64,000 nucleotides of DNA from Vulcanimicrobiota bacterium (GCA_963786105.1 CAWAXX010000023.1:160001-224000), one strand, 5' to 3'; positions 28,482 through 38,754 are shown, numbered from the stretch's first letter. Notes: generated by a model not told the origin, from the letters alone. Program-made: numbers and translations.

Positions 28482-29070
28482 CGGTCGCCAGCCCGGCGCC
28501 GGCGAGAACCTGTGCGACCGTGTGCGCCTTGAGATACACGCGCGCCCAGCACACCATGGGTATGAGCACCAGGAAAGGTAACGGCTGGCGCCCGTAGAGC
28601 ATCGTAAGGGCGACCAGCGGCGCGGTGATACCGAGTGCGTGCGTGCTGATCTTCCAGTACCGCGTGATGTAGCCGACGATCAGCGTCGACGCGAAGTACC
28701 CCAGCATCGCCGCAACCAAGAGCCGCGGCGCATGCGCTAGCCAGAGCGCCGCCGCACCTACGAGATAGAAGATAATGAAGGTGCTAAAGACCACCTCGCG
28801 TTCGTGGCGCACCGACATATCCAGGTCGGAGATCCGGTCGGTGGAGTACAACCAGAAGACGTAGAGCATGGGGCCTATCGACGTGAAGAACGTCGAGAGG
28901 AACAGCAACCGCCAAAAATCCACCGTGTCCTTGGCGCTGACGTCGGCCAAGATGACGAAGAGCGCGAGGGCCGTCAGAAACGGATTGAAGATGGTCGAGA
29001 GAATGCGCGCGAGGTCGCGCCATACTTGGCGCTTCTTGATCGGGACGACCGAGGACCCGGGTTCGACCAC
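28435..29070 (-). CDS. PAP2-superfamily membrane protein
   Basis: KISTH and WARVYLKAHT..QV.AG motifs; multiple TM helices. Confidence 0.75.
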   Translation of the reverse strand: MVEPGSSVVPIKKRQVWRDLARILSTIFNPFLTALALFVILADVSAKDTVDFWRLLFLSTFFTSIGPMLYVFWLYSTDRISDLDMSVRHEREVVFSTFIIFYLVGAAALWLAHAPRLLVAAMLGYFASTLIVGYITRYWKISTHALGITAPLVALTMLYGRQPLPFLVLIPMVCWARVYLKAHTVAQVLAGAGLATVTTMLFFSLFHVGRL

Positions 29071-29187
29071 GCAAAGCTACTCATGTCTGGGCGATGGAGA
29101 CTCCTGCGCGGCAGGCCGGTTCGGGCCGGCGGTCGTAGAGATAGCCGGTTTCTTAAAATTGTGCTAACGACGGGGATACGAACCGAC

Positions 29188-29559
29188 TTGAGTTTACTGC
29201 TGCTTGCCGCCACCGCTGCCACGACGAAGACGCCGGCACACGCGCCGCCGCTATCGGCGGTCGTTCCGCCAGTCGCCTCAACCCCACCGCCGGTGATCGT
29301 GCAAACCTGGGTGGCCCAACACCTCCCCTGGCTCACGCACGGGATCGCCGGGATTTTCATGATCGCCGCGGTCGGCTTGGTCTTCTTGCTGGCGATTCAA
29401 ACCACGAAGCAGGAAGGCTTGACCGGCTCGATCGGCGGTCGCGTCGAGTCGGCGTACCGCGGGCGGCTCGGCGCCGAAGAACAGCTCAAACGGATTACCG
29501 GCGTCACCGCGGTCGTGTTCGTGGTGACGGCCTTCGTTCTGTCGCTTACCGGAATCTAG
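29188..29559 (+). CDS. secG: preprotein translocase subunit SecG with an N-terminal Pro/Ala-rich extension (start uncertain)
   Basis: Two TM helices around LAIQTTKQEGLTGSIGG...GAEEQLKRIT. Confidence 0.8.
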   Translation: MSLLLLAATAATTKTPAHAPPLSAVVPPVASTPPPVIVQTWVAQHLPWLTHGIAGIFMIAAVGLVFLLAIQTTKQEGLTGSIGGRVESAYRGRLGAEEQLKRITGVTAVVFVVTAFVLSLTGI

Positions 29560-29576
29560 GCAAGGTTCCCTGACCG

Positions 29577-30593
29577 GTGGCGTTGCTCGAGGTGAAAAAC
29601 CTCCGGACCACGTTTCGCACCGAAGATGGTCCGGTCACGGCGGTCAACGGTCTCTCGTACACGCTGGAACCCGGTGAGACGCTCGGCATCGTCGGTGAGT
29701 CAGGCTCGGGTAAGTCGGTTTCCGCGCTCTCGATCATGCGGTTGCTAGCGAAGAACTCGACGGTATCGGCCGACCGCATGTCGTTCGAAGGTGAAAATCT
29801 TCCGGATCTGAGCGAAGCCGAGATGCGTAAGATCCGCGGACATAAGATCGCGATGATCTTCCAAGATCCGATGACCTCGCTCAATCCCGTGCTCACCATC
29901 GGCGAACAAATAGCCGAGGCCGTGCGATTGCATCTGGGACTAGACAAACGTGAGTCTCGCGACCGGGCGATCGAGATGCTCCGCAAAGTGCGAATTCCGG
30001 CGCCCGAAAATCGTCTCGGCGACTACCCCCACCAGTTTTCGGGCGGAATGCGCCAGCGCGTAATGATTGCTATGGCGCTCTCTTGCAACCCCCAGCTGCT
30101 GATTGCAGACGAGCCGACGACCGCGCTCGACGTGACCATTCAGGCGCAGGTGCTCGAACTCATGAACGAGCTTCAACGGGAAACCGGCGCGGCGATCGTG
30201 CTTATCACCCACGATCTGGGCGTGGTTGCCGAAGTCTGCAAGAACGTGCTCGTAATGTACGGCGGCAACATGGTCGAGTACGGAACCGCGGAGCAGATCT
30301 TCTCAAATCCGCGGATGCCGTACACGCAGGGTCTGCTGGCGTCGCTGCCGCGCTTGGACGACAGCCAACACCGGCGTCTCGAGCCGATCCCGGGTCAGCC
30401 TCCGAATCTTCTCAAGCTGCCACCGGGATGCGCGTTCGCGCCACGCTGCGCGTATCGCATGCCGATCTGCGCCGAGCCGGTGCCTCTCTACGACTTCGGC
30501 GAAGGACACGTTGCGCGCTGCTTTCTGTACGACGAGCGCGTCAAGGATCAGCGGCCGATCGATTTCGGGACCGCGCCGGTGGTGACCGTGTGA
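29577..30593 (+). CDS. oppD: oligopeptide/dipeptide ABC transporter ATP-binding protein
   Basis: [34 protein letters not shown], Cys-rich C-terminus. Confidence 0.9.
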   Translation: MALLEVKNLRTTFRTEDGPVTAVNGLSYTLEPGETLGIVGESGSGKSVSALSIMRLLAKNSTVSADRMSFEGENLPDLSEAEMRKIRGHKIAMIFQDPMTSLNPVLTIGEQIAEAVRLHLGLDKRESRDRAIEMLRKVRIPAPENRLGDYPHQFSGGMRQRVMIAMALSCNPQLLIADEPTTALDVTIQAQVLELMNELQRETGAAIVLITHDLGVVAEVCKNVLVMYGGNMVEYGTAEQIFSNPRMPYTQGLLASLPRLDDSQHRRLEPIPGQPPNLLKLPPGCAFAPRCAYRMPICAEPVPLYDFGEGHVARCFLYDERVKDQRPIDFGTAPVVTV

Positions 30594-31618
30594 GCGTCCC
30601 GCTGGTCGCCGTCAGGGATCTCTACAAGTATTTTCCGATTCATGCCGGCCTGACGTCGCGCCACATTGCGGACGTGAAAGCCGTCGACGGGGTCAGCTTC
30701 TCGATTTATCCGGGAGAAACGCTCGGTCTCGTCGGTGAGTCGGGTTCGGGAAAGACGACGATCGGGCGGCTGCTACTGCGTCTGTTGCCCGAAACGAAGG
30801 GCGAGATCGATTTCGACGGCGAGCCCATCGTCGGGTTGAAGCGCAGCGAAATGCGCCGATTGCGGCGTTCCATGCAGATCATTTTTCAAGATCCTTTCGC
30901 ATCGCTCAACCCACGCATGACCGTCGGCGACATCATTGCCGAGCCGCTGCGCATTCACGGCCTCGCACACGGCAAGGCCGTCGACGAGCGGGTTGTGGAC
31001 CTTCTCAAGCGGGTCGGACTGCGACCCTACCACGCCAACCGCTATCCTCACGAATTCTCGGGCGGCCAGCGGCAGCGCGTGGGGATTGCTCGCGCGTTGG
31101 CCGTCGATCCGAAGTTTATCGTTTGCGACGAGCCGGTCTCGGCGCTCGACGTTTCTATCCAGGCGCAAGTCATCAATCTGCTCGAAGATCTTCAAAAGCA
31201 GCTCGGGCTTACGTATCTTTTCATCGCGCACGATTTGTCGGTAGTCCGGCACATTTCGACCCGCGTCGCCGTGATGTACGTCGGAAAGATCGTGGAGACG
31301 GCCGACCGCGACGCGCTGTACATGAACCCGCTGCATCCCTACACGCAGGCGCTGCTCTCCGCGATTCCGATTCCGGATCCCGCGCTCGAAAAGCGGCGCA
31401 AGCGGATAGTGCTGGCCGGCGACATTCCTTCGCCGGTGAACCCGCCATCGGGCTGCCGCTTTCACACGCGATGCCCGGTCGCGTTCGACCGATGCCGCAC
31501 GGAAGAACCACCGTTCAAAGAGTACGCGCCCGGACACTCCGCCGCATGCCACTGGGTCGAAGAGCACGGCGGCGAGGCTCCGAATCTCGCCGGCGGACCG
31601 ATCGTCGTAGCGTCGTAA
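30590..31618 (+). CDS. oppF: oligopeptide/dipeptide ABC transporter ATP-binding protein
   Basis: [42 protein letters not shown] overlaps the oppD stop. Confidence 0.9.
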   Translation: MSVPLVAVRDLYKYFPIHAGLTSRHIADVKAVDGVSFSIYPGETLGLVGESGSGKTTIGRLLLRLLPETKGEIDFDGEPIVGLKRSEMRRLRRSMQIIFQDPFASLNPRMTVGDIIAEPLRIHGLAHGKAVDERVVDLLKRVGLRPYHANRYPHEFSGGQRQRVGIARALAVDPKFIVCDEPVSALDVSIQAQVINLLEDLQKQLGLTYLFIAHDLSVVRHISTRVAVMYVGKIVETADRDALYMNPLHPYTQALLSAIPIPDPALEKRRKRIVLAGDIPSPVNPPSGCRFHTRCPVAFDRCRTEEPPFKEYAPGHSAACHWVEEHGGEAPNLAGGPIVVAS

Positions 31619-31650
31619 AATGAAAGAGCGGCCGCAGATCGCGACCGCTC
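31618..31650 (-). terminator. intrinsic terminator between convergent oppF and the histone-like gene
   Basis: Minus strand: GAGCGGTCGC-GATCT-GCGGCCGCTC followed by TTTCATTTT. Confidence 0.7.
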
Positions 31651-31671
31651 GTTCCGACTGGTTCTGACGAC

Positions 31672-32064
31672 CTAGGCTTTCTTACGGCCGTTAGCGGCCG
31701 CTTTGCGGACGACTTTCCGCCGGACGGCCTTGCGGACGGCTTTCCGCCGAACTTTCTTGCGGACGGCCTTGCGAACGGCTTTCCGCCGGACGGCCTTGCG
31801 GACGGCTTTCCGCCGAACTTTCCGGCGGACGGCCTTGCGGGCGACTTTCCGGCGGACGGCCTTGCGGGCGACTTTCCGGCGGACGACCTTGCGAGCGACT
31901 TTCCGGCGGACGATCTTGCGAGCGACTTTCCGGCGGACGATCTTGCGAGCGACTTTCTTGCGGGCGACTTTCCTACGCACGGCTTTGCGAACTACCCGCC
32001 TCCGTATGGCTTTGCGGACCTTCTCCTCGAGCATCGATCCGCCGTTCATGGCATCCGAGTCCAT
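31672..32064 (-). CDS. protamine/histone-H1-like basic repeat protein
   Basis: 65 of 130 residues are K or R; (A/I/V)VRRKVARK nonamers from 27-nt repeats; GAGGAGG RBS, promoter and terminator all on this strand. Confidence 0.8.
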   Translation of the reverse strand: MDSDAMNGGSMLEEKVRKAIRRRVVRKAVRRKVARKKVARKIVRRKVARKIVRRKVARKVVRRKVARKAVRRKVARKAVRRKVRRKAVRKAVRRKAVRKAVRKKVRRKAVRKAVRRKVVRKAAANGRKKA

Positions 32065-32134
32065 TCATTCCTCCTCGTCCCCCGGGGGACGACAAGCGAT
32101 TAATCGGATAGCGCTCTTTTGGCGCTTTGAGCGC

Positions 32135-32163
32135 ATCATAGTGGATTTCATCAAATGATGCAA
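32135..32163 (-). promoter_or_regulatory. sigma70-type promoter of the histone-like gene
   Basis: TTGCAT-N17-TATGAT on the minus strand; CATCA-AA-TGATG inverted repeat at 32149-32160 overlaps the -35 box. Confidence 0.65.
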
Positions 32164-32166
32164 ATT

Positions 32167-32231
32167 CGCGCGCACGCGACGCACGCGCGCGCATCGCGCG
32201 CACGCGTAGACGCGCGCGCGGCGCGCGTGCG
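32167..32231. other. alternating purine-pyrimidine (CG/CA) tract, predicted to form Z-DNA
   Basis: Five alternating blocks of 12, 16, 14, 11 and 11 nt separated by phase breaks. Confidence 0.75.
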
Positions 32232-32290
32232 AGTTACCCTTATTCCCCGGCGCCTTTTGCGCCGCCGAGTGCGCCATGAGGCCGGGCTCG

Positions 32291-32320
32291 TTGCCCCCGT
32301 CTTGACCGGCGGAGTATACT
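32291..32320 (+). promoter_or_regulatory. sigma70-type promoter of topA, probably giving a leaderless mRNA
   Basis: TTGCCC-N18-TATACT; GTG start 7 nt after the -10 box. Confidence 0.6.
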
Positions 32321-32327
32321 AAGGCCC

Positions 32328-34523
32328 GTGAAAAAGCCCTTAATCATCGTCGAATCGCCGACCAAGGCTCGGACGATCAAGAAGTTTTTGCCGGCTCGCT
32401 ACGCCGTGAGGGCTTCGGTGGGGCACGTGCGCGATCTGCCCAAGAGTACGCTCGGCGTCGACGTCGATCACGATTTCGCTCCGAGATACCTCACGATAAA
32501 AGGTAAGGGCGACGTCATCAAAGAGCTCAAAGCGGCCGTAAAGAGTGCGAGCGAGGTCTACTTGGCGACCGACCCCGATCGCGAAGGCGAAGCGATTGCG
32601 TGGCATCTCGCCGAACTGCTGAAGCTACCCAAGCCTAAGCGGATCGAGCTTCACGAGATCACGAAAGACGCCGCACTGGCAGCCTTACGGCACCCCCATG
32701 AGATCGACATGGACCGCGTCAACGCACAGCAGGCGCGCCGTATTCTGGATCGTCTGGTCGGCTATAAGATTTCGCCCTTGCTATGGGCAAAGGTGCGCGG
32801 AGGATTGTCTGCCGGCCGAGTCCAGTCGGTTGCCGTGAAGCTGATCGTCGATCGCGAGCGCGCGATCGCGGCTTTCGTTCCTCGCGAGTATTGGAGCGTC
32901 ACCGCACTGCTCGCGTCCGGCAACGCGCCCGACATGCCGTTCCCGGCCGACCTGGTCGCCCATCGCGGCCAAAAACTCGAAATTACCAACAAGGCACAAG
33001 CCGACGAAGCGCTTCGCGGTCTCGACGGCGCGACGTTCCGGGTGGCATCGGTCAAGAAGCGAGAAGTCAAGCGCAACGCTCCTGCGCCCTTTACGACGTC
33101 GACGCTTCAACAGGAAGCGTCGCGGAAACTCAAGATGCGCGTGCGCCGCGCGATGCAGGTGGCCCAAGCGCTCTACGAAGGCGTGGATCTCGGCGGCAGT
33201 GAGGGTACCGTCGGGCTGATCACGTACATGCGCACGGACTCGACGCGCATCAGCGATCAGGCGCGCGAATCGGCGCGGGAGTTCGTTATTTCAACCTACG
33301 GCGAAGCCTTCCACGGCGGACGCCTGCACAAAGTACGCGAGGGCGCCCAGGACGCGCACGAAGCCATCCGCCCGACCTCCGTCTTCAACACGCCGCAAAA
33401 GGTCGCCGGGCGGCTCAAGCGCGACGAGCTGCGCCTATACACGATGATCTGGGAGCGATTCGTCGCATCGCAGATGTCGGCGGCCGTGCTCGACCAAACG
33501 ACGGTTGACGTGGATGCGAACGCTTACACGTTTCGCGCGACCGGAACCGTCATGCGATTTGCCGGCTTCACCCGCGTCTACGAAGAGGGCAAAGACGACG
33601 ATTCGAGCGAGGCGGCGGCAGACGCGAGCCAAAACGGCGCCGCCGCATCGTCCAAGGTGGCCAAAACTCGCGTCCGTCTGCCGGAGCTGGTCTCCGGCGA
33701 TCCGCTCGACTGCCGTCAGCTCGAGCCGAAGCAGCACTTCACCGAACCGCCGCCGCGGTTTACCGAAGCGACGCTGGTGAAAGCCCTCGAGGATAACGGC
33801 GTCGGGCGGCCGTCCACGTACTCGACGATCGTCGAAACGATCCAGGCGCGCGGATACGTGCTACAGCAAGAGCGTCGCTTCACGCCGACCGAAATCGGGA
33901 CGGCGGTGAACGATTTGCTGGTCGAGCACTTTCCAAAGATCGTCAACCTCGATTTCACCGCCAGCATGGAAGGCGATCTCGACAAGGTGGCCGTCGGCAG
34001 CGAGGACTGGGTGGGACTGTTGCGCAGCTTCTACGGACCGTTTGCCAGCGATCTCGATGCCGCCGAAAAGAAGCTGCCGCGTCTCGAATTGCGCGACGAG
34101 CCGACCGACGAAGTTTGCCCCAACTGCGGACGTCCGATGGTGATCAAGACCGGACGCTTTGGAAAATTCATCTCGTGCTCGGGATATCCCGAGTGCAAAA
34201 CGACCAAACCGATCGTCAAGGACACCGGGGCAAAATGTCCCAAGGACGGCGGCGCGATCGTCGAGCGGCGTTCGAAGAAGGGCCGCACGTTCTATGGATG
34301 CGCGAATTACCCCGCATGCGACTTCGTCTCGTGGGACCGGGTGGTTCGTCAACCGTGTCCGGTTTGCGGTTCGTACGCGGTCGCCAAAACGCGCCGGGGC
34401 GGAGAGGTCCATTTCGAATGTGCGGCCGATCGCGAGCACGACGTCTCGTCAGTAGCGGTCGCACAGAACTCGGGCGATGCCGGCGAGGATGCGGCCAACG
34501 AGCACGAGCTGGCTTCAACGTAA
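32328..34523 (+). CDS. topA: DNA topoisomerase I
   Basis: IVESP.KA, ATDPDREGE, SAGRVQS, ITYMRTDS, C-terminal Zn ribbons. Confidence 0.97.
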   Translation: MKKPLIIVESPTKARTIKKFLPARYAVRASVGHVRDLPKSTLGVDVDHDFAPRYLTIKGKGDVIKELKAAVKSASEVYLATDPDREGEAIAWHLAELLKLPKPKRIELHEITKDAALAALRHPHEIDMDRVNAQQARRILDRLVGYKISPLLWAKVRGGLSAGRVQSVAVKLIVDRERAIAAFVPREYWSVTALLASGNAPDMPFPADLVAHRGQKLEITNKAQADEALRGLDGATFRVASVKKREVKRNAPAPFTTSTLQQEASRKLKMRVRRAMQVAQALYEGVDLGGSEGTVGLITYMRTDSTRISDQARESAREFVISTYGEAFHGGRLHKVREGAQDAHEAIRPTSVFNTPQKVAGRLKRDELRLYTMIWERFVASQMSAAVLDQTTVDVDANAYTFRATGTVMRFAGFTRVYEEGKDDDSSEAAADASQNGAAASSKVAKTRVRLPELVSGDPLDCRQLEPKQHFTEPPPRFTEATLVKALEDNGVGRPSTYSTIVETIQARGYVLQQERRFTPTEIGTAVNDLLVEHFPKIVNLDFTASMEGDLDKVAVGSEDWVGLLRSFYGPFASDLDAAEKKLPRLELRDEPTDEVCPNCGRPMVIKTGRFGKFISCSGYPECKTTKPIVKDTGAKCPKDGGAIVERRSKKGRTFYGCANYPACDFVSWDRVVRQPCPVCGSYAVAKTRRGGEVHFECAADREHDVSSVAVAQNSGDAGEDAANEHELAST

Positions 34524-35904
34524 CCACAGCCGAGCGCGGCTGACGGTTATCGGCGGCGGCCTCGCCGGCTGTGAGGCGGCGTGGCAGGCTGCGCGCGCTG
34601 GGGTTGAGGTCGACCTTTACGAGATGCGCCCAAATCGCAGCGGACCGGCGCATAAGACGGCCGGTCTGGCCGAGCTGGTGTGCAGCAACTCCCTGCGGGG
34701 TGCATCGCTCGAGAATGCCGTGGGACTGCTCAAGGAAGAACTCGCGCGCCTCGACTCGATCATCGTGGGCTGCGCGCGAGAGACTGCCGTACCTGCCGGC
34801 GGCGCGCTGGCGGTCGACCGCGAACGCTTTTCGGCGGCCGTGGAGTTACGTTTGAAGAGCAGCCCGCGGATCACGCTGCGTCGCGAGGAGATGCACGCCG
34901 TTCCACGGGACCGCCCGGTCGTCGTCGCATGCGGTCCACTGCCGAGCGACGCAGTCTTGGCCGACCTCGATGCGCTGCTGCGCGACGTGCCGGCCGAGGG
35001 AGCGCATCGAAGGCGACTGCACTACTACGATGCGGCGTCGCCGATCGTCGCCGCCGATTCGATCGACGAAGGGCCGATGTATCGGAAGTCGCGCTACGAA
35101 AAGGGCGACGGCGACGACTATCTCAACATTCCGCTGGATCGCGAGCAGTATCTGCAACTCGTTGCCGACTTACGCACGATGGAGCGCCACCGCCCCAAGG
35201 ATTTCGAAAACGGCGATGCGGCTACTCGATACTTCGAGGGCTGCTTACCGATTGAGGAGATGGCCGACCGCGGAGAGGATACCTTGCGGTTCGGACCGCT
35301 CAAACCCGTTGGATTGCGCGATCCTCGCACCGGGAAGACGCCGTATGCGGTGGTGCAACTTCGTAAAGAGAACGCCGAAGGCTCGGCGTTCAATTTGGTC
35401 GGCTTTCAAACGCGCTTGGCGTGGCCCTCGCAAAAGGCCGCGTTTGAAAAACTGCCGGGCCTGCAGAAGGCCGAATGGCTGCGTTTGGGCGTCGTCCACC
35501 GTAACACGTTTATCGATTCGCCTCGGGTGCTGGATTCGCGCTTGAAGCTACGCGGAGCGCCGGAGGTGTACTTCGCGGGACAGATCACCGGCGCGGAGGG
35601 CTACGTCGAGGCGGCCGCGTGCGGCGCCATGACCGGCATCCACGCGGCGCGGGGGATCCTCGGGTTGCGTCCGGCCGAATTTCCTCGTGAGAGCGCGTTC
35701 GGCGCGGTTGTGGCGCACCTGCAAAACCAAGCGACGCACGATTTTCAACCGGCGAACGTCACCTGGGCGCCGTTTCCACCGCTGGAAAGCCACGTTCGCG
35801 ACAAAAAACAGCGTCGCACCGCGCTGGCGGAACGCGCCCTGGCGGCGATCGGCGCCATGGCCGAAAGACTCGAGCGCGAGCGCGCGGTCGCGGCCGTCGT
35901 ATGA
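34477..35904 (+). CDS. trmFO: methylenetetrahydrofolate--tRNA-(uracil-5-)-methyltransferase (start uncertain)
   Basis: [40 protein letters not shown]. Confidence 0.93.
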   Translation: MPARMRPTSTSWLQRNHSRARLTVIGGGLAGCEAAWQAARAGVEVDLYEMRPNRSGPAHKTAGLAELVCSNSLRGASLENAVGLLKEELARLDSIIVGCARETAVPAGGALAVDRERFSAAVELRLKSSPRITLRREEMHAVPRDRPVVVACGPLPSDAVLADLDALLRDVPAEGAHRRRLHYYDAASPIVAADSIDEGPMYRKSRYEKGDGDDYLNIPLDREQYLQLVADLRTMERHRPKDFENGDAATRYFEGCLPIEEMADRGEDTLRFGPLKPVGLRDPRTGKTPYAVVQLRKENAEGSAFNLVGFQTRLAWPSQKAAFEKLPGLQKAEWLRLGVVHRNTFIDSPRVLDSRLKLRGAPEVYFAGQITGAEGYVEAAACGAMTGIHAARGILGLRPAEFPRESAFGAVVAHLQNQATHDFQPANVTWAPFPPLESHVRDKKQRRTALAERALAAIGAMAERLERERAVAAVV

Positions 35905-35939
35905 AACCCCGCATCGGCCGTCCGGGTAGAGGTTCCTTG

Positions 35940-36470
35940 ATGAAGATCCGATCCACGACGATTCTTGCGGTCAGGCGCGACGGAAAACTCGCGGTTGCCG
36001 GCGACGGCCAGGTAACGCTCGACAAAACGATCGTCAAGCACAGCGCACGCAAGGTCCGCAAGATCGCCGGCGGCAGGGTTTTGGCCGGGTTCGCCGGCTC
36101 GGCTGCCGACGGAATCACGCTGCTCGAAAAATTTGAAAACAAGTTCGGCGAATATAAAGACCTCACGCGGGCGGCGGTCGAGTTGGCCAAGGATTGGCGT
36201 CAGGATCGCGCGCTGCGCCGATTGGAGGCGCTCCTGATCGTCGGCAACCCGGAGCACCTGTTCGTGCTGTCCGGTACCGGCGACGTGATCGAGCCCGACG
36301 AGGGCGTCGCAGCCATCGGGAGCGGCGGTCCCTATGCTCAAGCTGCCGCTGCAGCCCTACTAAGGAACTCGTCGTTAAGCGCCGCGGACATCGCTCGCAA
36401 AGCGTTGGAAATCGCCGCCGAGATTTGTATCTACACCAACGACGACATCATCGTGGAGACGCTCCTGTGA
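35940..36470 (+). CDS. hslV: ATP-dependent protease peptidase subunit
   Basis: [41 protein letters not shown]. Confidence 0.95.
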   Translation: MKIRSTTILAVRRDGKLAVAGDGQVTLDKTIVKHSARKVRKIAGGRVLAGFAGSAADGITLLEKFENKFGEYKDLTRAAVELAKDWRQDRALRRLEALLIVGNPEHLFVLSGTGDVIEPDEGVAAIGSGGPYAQAAAAALLRNSSLSAADIARKALEIAAEICIYTNDDIIVETLL

Positions 36471-37927
36471 CCGCTACCTCCACTGCGGCGACGACGCTCG
36501 ATCCCAGCACGCTGACGCCGCGGCAAATCGTTGCCGAGCTCGACAAGTACATCGTCGGTCAAGCCAAAGCTAAGCGCTCGGTCGCTATCGCATTGAGGAA
36601 CCGATCCCGCCGGGCGCGGGCACGCGAAGACCTGCGCGATGAGATCACGCCGAAGAACATTCTGATGATCGGCCCAACGGGAGTCGGCAAGACGGAGATC
36701 GCCCGCCGGCTGGCTGGATTGGTCGGCGCGCCGTTCGTGAAAGTCGAGGCCACGAAGTACACGGAGGTCGGTTACGTGGGTCGCGACGTCGAGTCGATGG
36801 TACGCGATTTAGTGGAAGCGTCGGTACGCACGGTTACCGACGAGCGGCGCGAAGAGGTTCGCGAACTCGCACGGCAGCAAGCGGTCGAACGACTGATCGA
36901 CGCGCTCCATCCGGAGACGCGTGCGCCGTCGGCGCATCCGCAGGGGAATGCGTTCACGGCGACGCTCGGGTCGATTTTCGGAAGCAACTTCAATCCCCAA
37001 CAACAGCAGCAGGCGCCTCCCCCGGCGCCCCCGGGGAGCCCGTCGGCCGAAACGCAACACGTTCGCGAGCAAACGCGCTCGGAAATCGAGCGCGGCTTCT
37101 ACGACGTGCGGCTGATCGAGATCGAAGTCGAAGAATCGGCGAGTCTTCCGATCGGGGTGATCGGCGGCATGGATCAGGGCGGGGGCGCGGATATCGGCGA
37201 GATGCTCGGCGGCATCCTGCCCAAACGGCGCAGCAAGAAACGCGTTACCGTCGCGGAAGCTCGGCGCATCTTCGAACAGGAGGAAGCCCAAAAGCTTATC
37301 GACATGGACGCCGTCAAACGCGAGGCACTTCGGCGCGCTGCCGAAGACGGCATAATTTTCATCGACGAAATCGACAAAGTCGCCGGTCAGGGGGCGCGCG
37401 GCGGTCCGGACGTCTCACGCGAGGGCGTCCAACGCGACATTCTGCCGATCGTGGAAGGCTCGACGGTAAACACGAAATACGGGCCGGTAAAAACCGACCA
37501 CGTGCTGTTCATCGCCGCCGGTGCGTTTCACATCAGCAAGCCGTCGGACTTGATCCCGGAGTTGCAGGGCCGCTTTCCGATTCGCGTCGAGTTGGACTCG
37601 CTCACCGCGGAGGATTTCAAGACGATTCTCACCCAGCCGAAGAATGCGCTCGTGGAACAGTACAAGGCGCTACTCGCAACCGAGAACGTCACGCTGGATT
37701 TCCAGGCGGAGGCGATCGACCAGATCGCGACCTTCGCAATGCGCGTCAACGAAACCAGCGAGAACATTGGCGCGCGCCGCCTTCACACCGTGTTGGAGCG
37801 TCTTCTGGAGGACGTGAGCTTTGCCGCTCCCGAGGAAGCGGGGACCTACGTCATCGATGCAGCCTACGTCCGCGAGCGGCTGCAAGGGATCGTGGAGAAC
37901 GCCGACCTATCCGGGTACATCCTTTAA
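36467..37927 (+). CDS. hslU: ATP-dependent protease ATPase subunit
   Basis: [34 protein letters not shown]. Confidence 0.95.
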   Translation: MTATSTAATTLDPSTLTPRQIVAELDKYIVGQAKAKRSVAIALRNRSRRARAREDLRDEITPKNILMIGPTGVGKTEIARRLAGLVGAPFVKVEATKYTEVGYVGRDVESMVRDLVEASVRTVTDERREEVRELARQQAVERLIDALHPETRAPSAHPQGNAFTATLGSIFGSNFNPQQQQQAPPPAPPGSPSAETQHVREQTRSEIERGFYDVRLIEIEVEESASLPIGVIGGMDQGGGADIGEMLGGILPKRRSKKRVTVAEARRIFEQEEAQKLIDMDAVKREALRRAAEDGIIFIDEIDKVAGQGARGGPDVSREGVQRDILPIVEGSTVNTKYGPVKTDHVLFIAAGAFHISKPSDLIPELQGRFPIRVELDSLTAEDFKTILTQPKNALVEQYKALLATENVTLDFQAEAIDQIATFAMRVNETSENIGARRLHTVLERLLEDVSFAAPEEAGTYVIDAAYVRERLQGIVENADLSGYIL

Positions 37928-37982
37928 TCCCAATCCCATCTGCTGGGGAGGTCCCAGCGAGGGTCCGATAGGACTTTCCACC

Positions 37983-38447
37983 ATGAAGAAGTCACTCGTC
38001 TTTCTCTTCGCCGCCGCTCTCACCACCGCACTAACGGCCGGCTGCAACAGCAACAATAACAATAACAATAACGGCTTCGGCACGGCGTGCGGCGCGCCGC
38101 CGAAGGGCTTTCAGATGCTGTACCCGCGGAATAATGCGGGAAAGATTCCTCCCGGCAACGCGAACGCGATTTACGTCGCCTTCAACCCGCCGCTCGTCGT
38201 AGGGAACTCGTATAATCTTCTTGCCTCTCAGAGCAACGGCAACCAACAATTTACGAACGTTTTCGCAACCTACACGGGACCGATTCCGAGCCCGCACAAT
38301 AGCCCTTCGCCCGGCTCTACCGTCTACGTTTCGCAGGTCACGGTGAGCCCGATCGGACCGCTGCAAACGGTGAATCTCTTCTGGAACAACGGCGGAACCG
38401 GCTGCACGCCAAACGTCATCATCGGTACGTTCACGACCAGCCAGTAG
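37983..38447 (+). CDS. hypothetical lipoprotein with a poly-Asn tether
   Basis: MKKSLVFLFAAALTTALTAGC lipobox followed by NSNNNNNNN. Confidence 0.75.
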   Translation: MKKSLVFLFAAALTTALTAGCNSNNNNNNNGFGTACGAPPKGFQMLYPRNNAGKIPPGNANAIYVAFNPPLVVGNSYNLLASQSNGNQQFTNVFATYTGPIPSPHNSPSPGSTVYVSQVTVSPIGPLQTVNLFWNNGGTGCTPNVIIGTFTTSQ

Positions 38448-38451
38448 CACG

Positions 38452-38727
38452 ATGGGCGCATCCAAACCCCGCGCCACCTTCGGGACGTTCGCGTTTTCGC
38501 GTCCGTGCGAAAACGCTACTCGGCTGGCGCGTCGCTCTCGGCCTCCATGCCTCCGCTCCGCGTCCAGACGCCCTCAGGTCTGCGCGGGGTTTGGATGCGC
38601 GCCATTTACTCCGCGTGCAGCGGCCCTCGTCCTTCGACTGCGCTCGCTGCGCTCGCTCCGCTCGGGATGACACAGAGAGCTCGCTCCAGGATGACACCCA
38701 GAGAGAGCGCTGCGCACAGGATGACAC
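38452..38727. repeat. structured intergenic repeat, copy 3: 19-bp arms, 96-nt core and three stacked right ends
   Basis: Arms 38456-38474 and 38582-38600; core 38480-38575; GGATGACAC ends at 38673, 38697 and 38727. Confidence 0.9.
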
Positions 38728-38754
38728 GGGGGCGCGGGCTTGGAATAGTGGGCC

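Noticed and set aside
31700..31990. 27-nt tandem repeats as a CRISPR array
   Set aside because: No unique spacers; the period is a multiple of 3 and is explained by the protein repeat.
31703..32158. Plus-strand (RTALRATF)n ORF
   Set aside because: Antisense of the K/R repeat gene; the RBS, promoter and terminator all support the minus strand.
32302..32307. TTGACC as the topA -35 box
   Set aside because: Only 7 nt from TATACT; TTGCCC at 32291 gives a workable 18-nt spacing.
36990..37050. Q/P-rich insertion in HslU
   Set aside because: It falls in the I-domain region, which is known to be variable.
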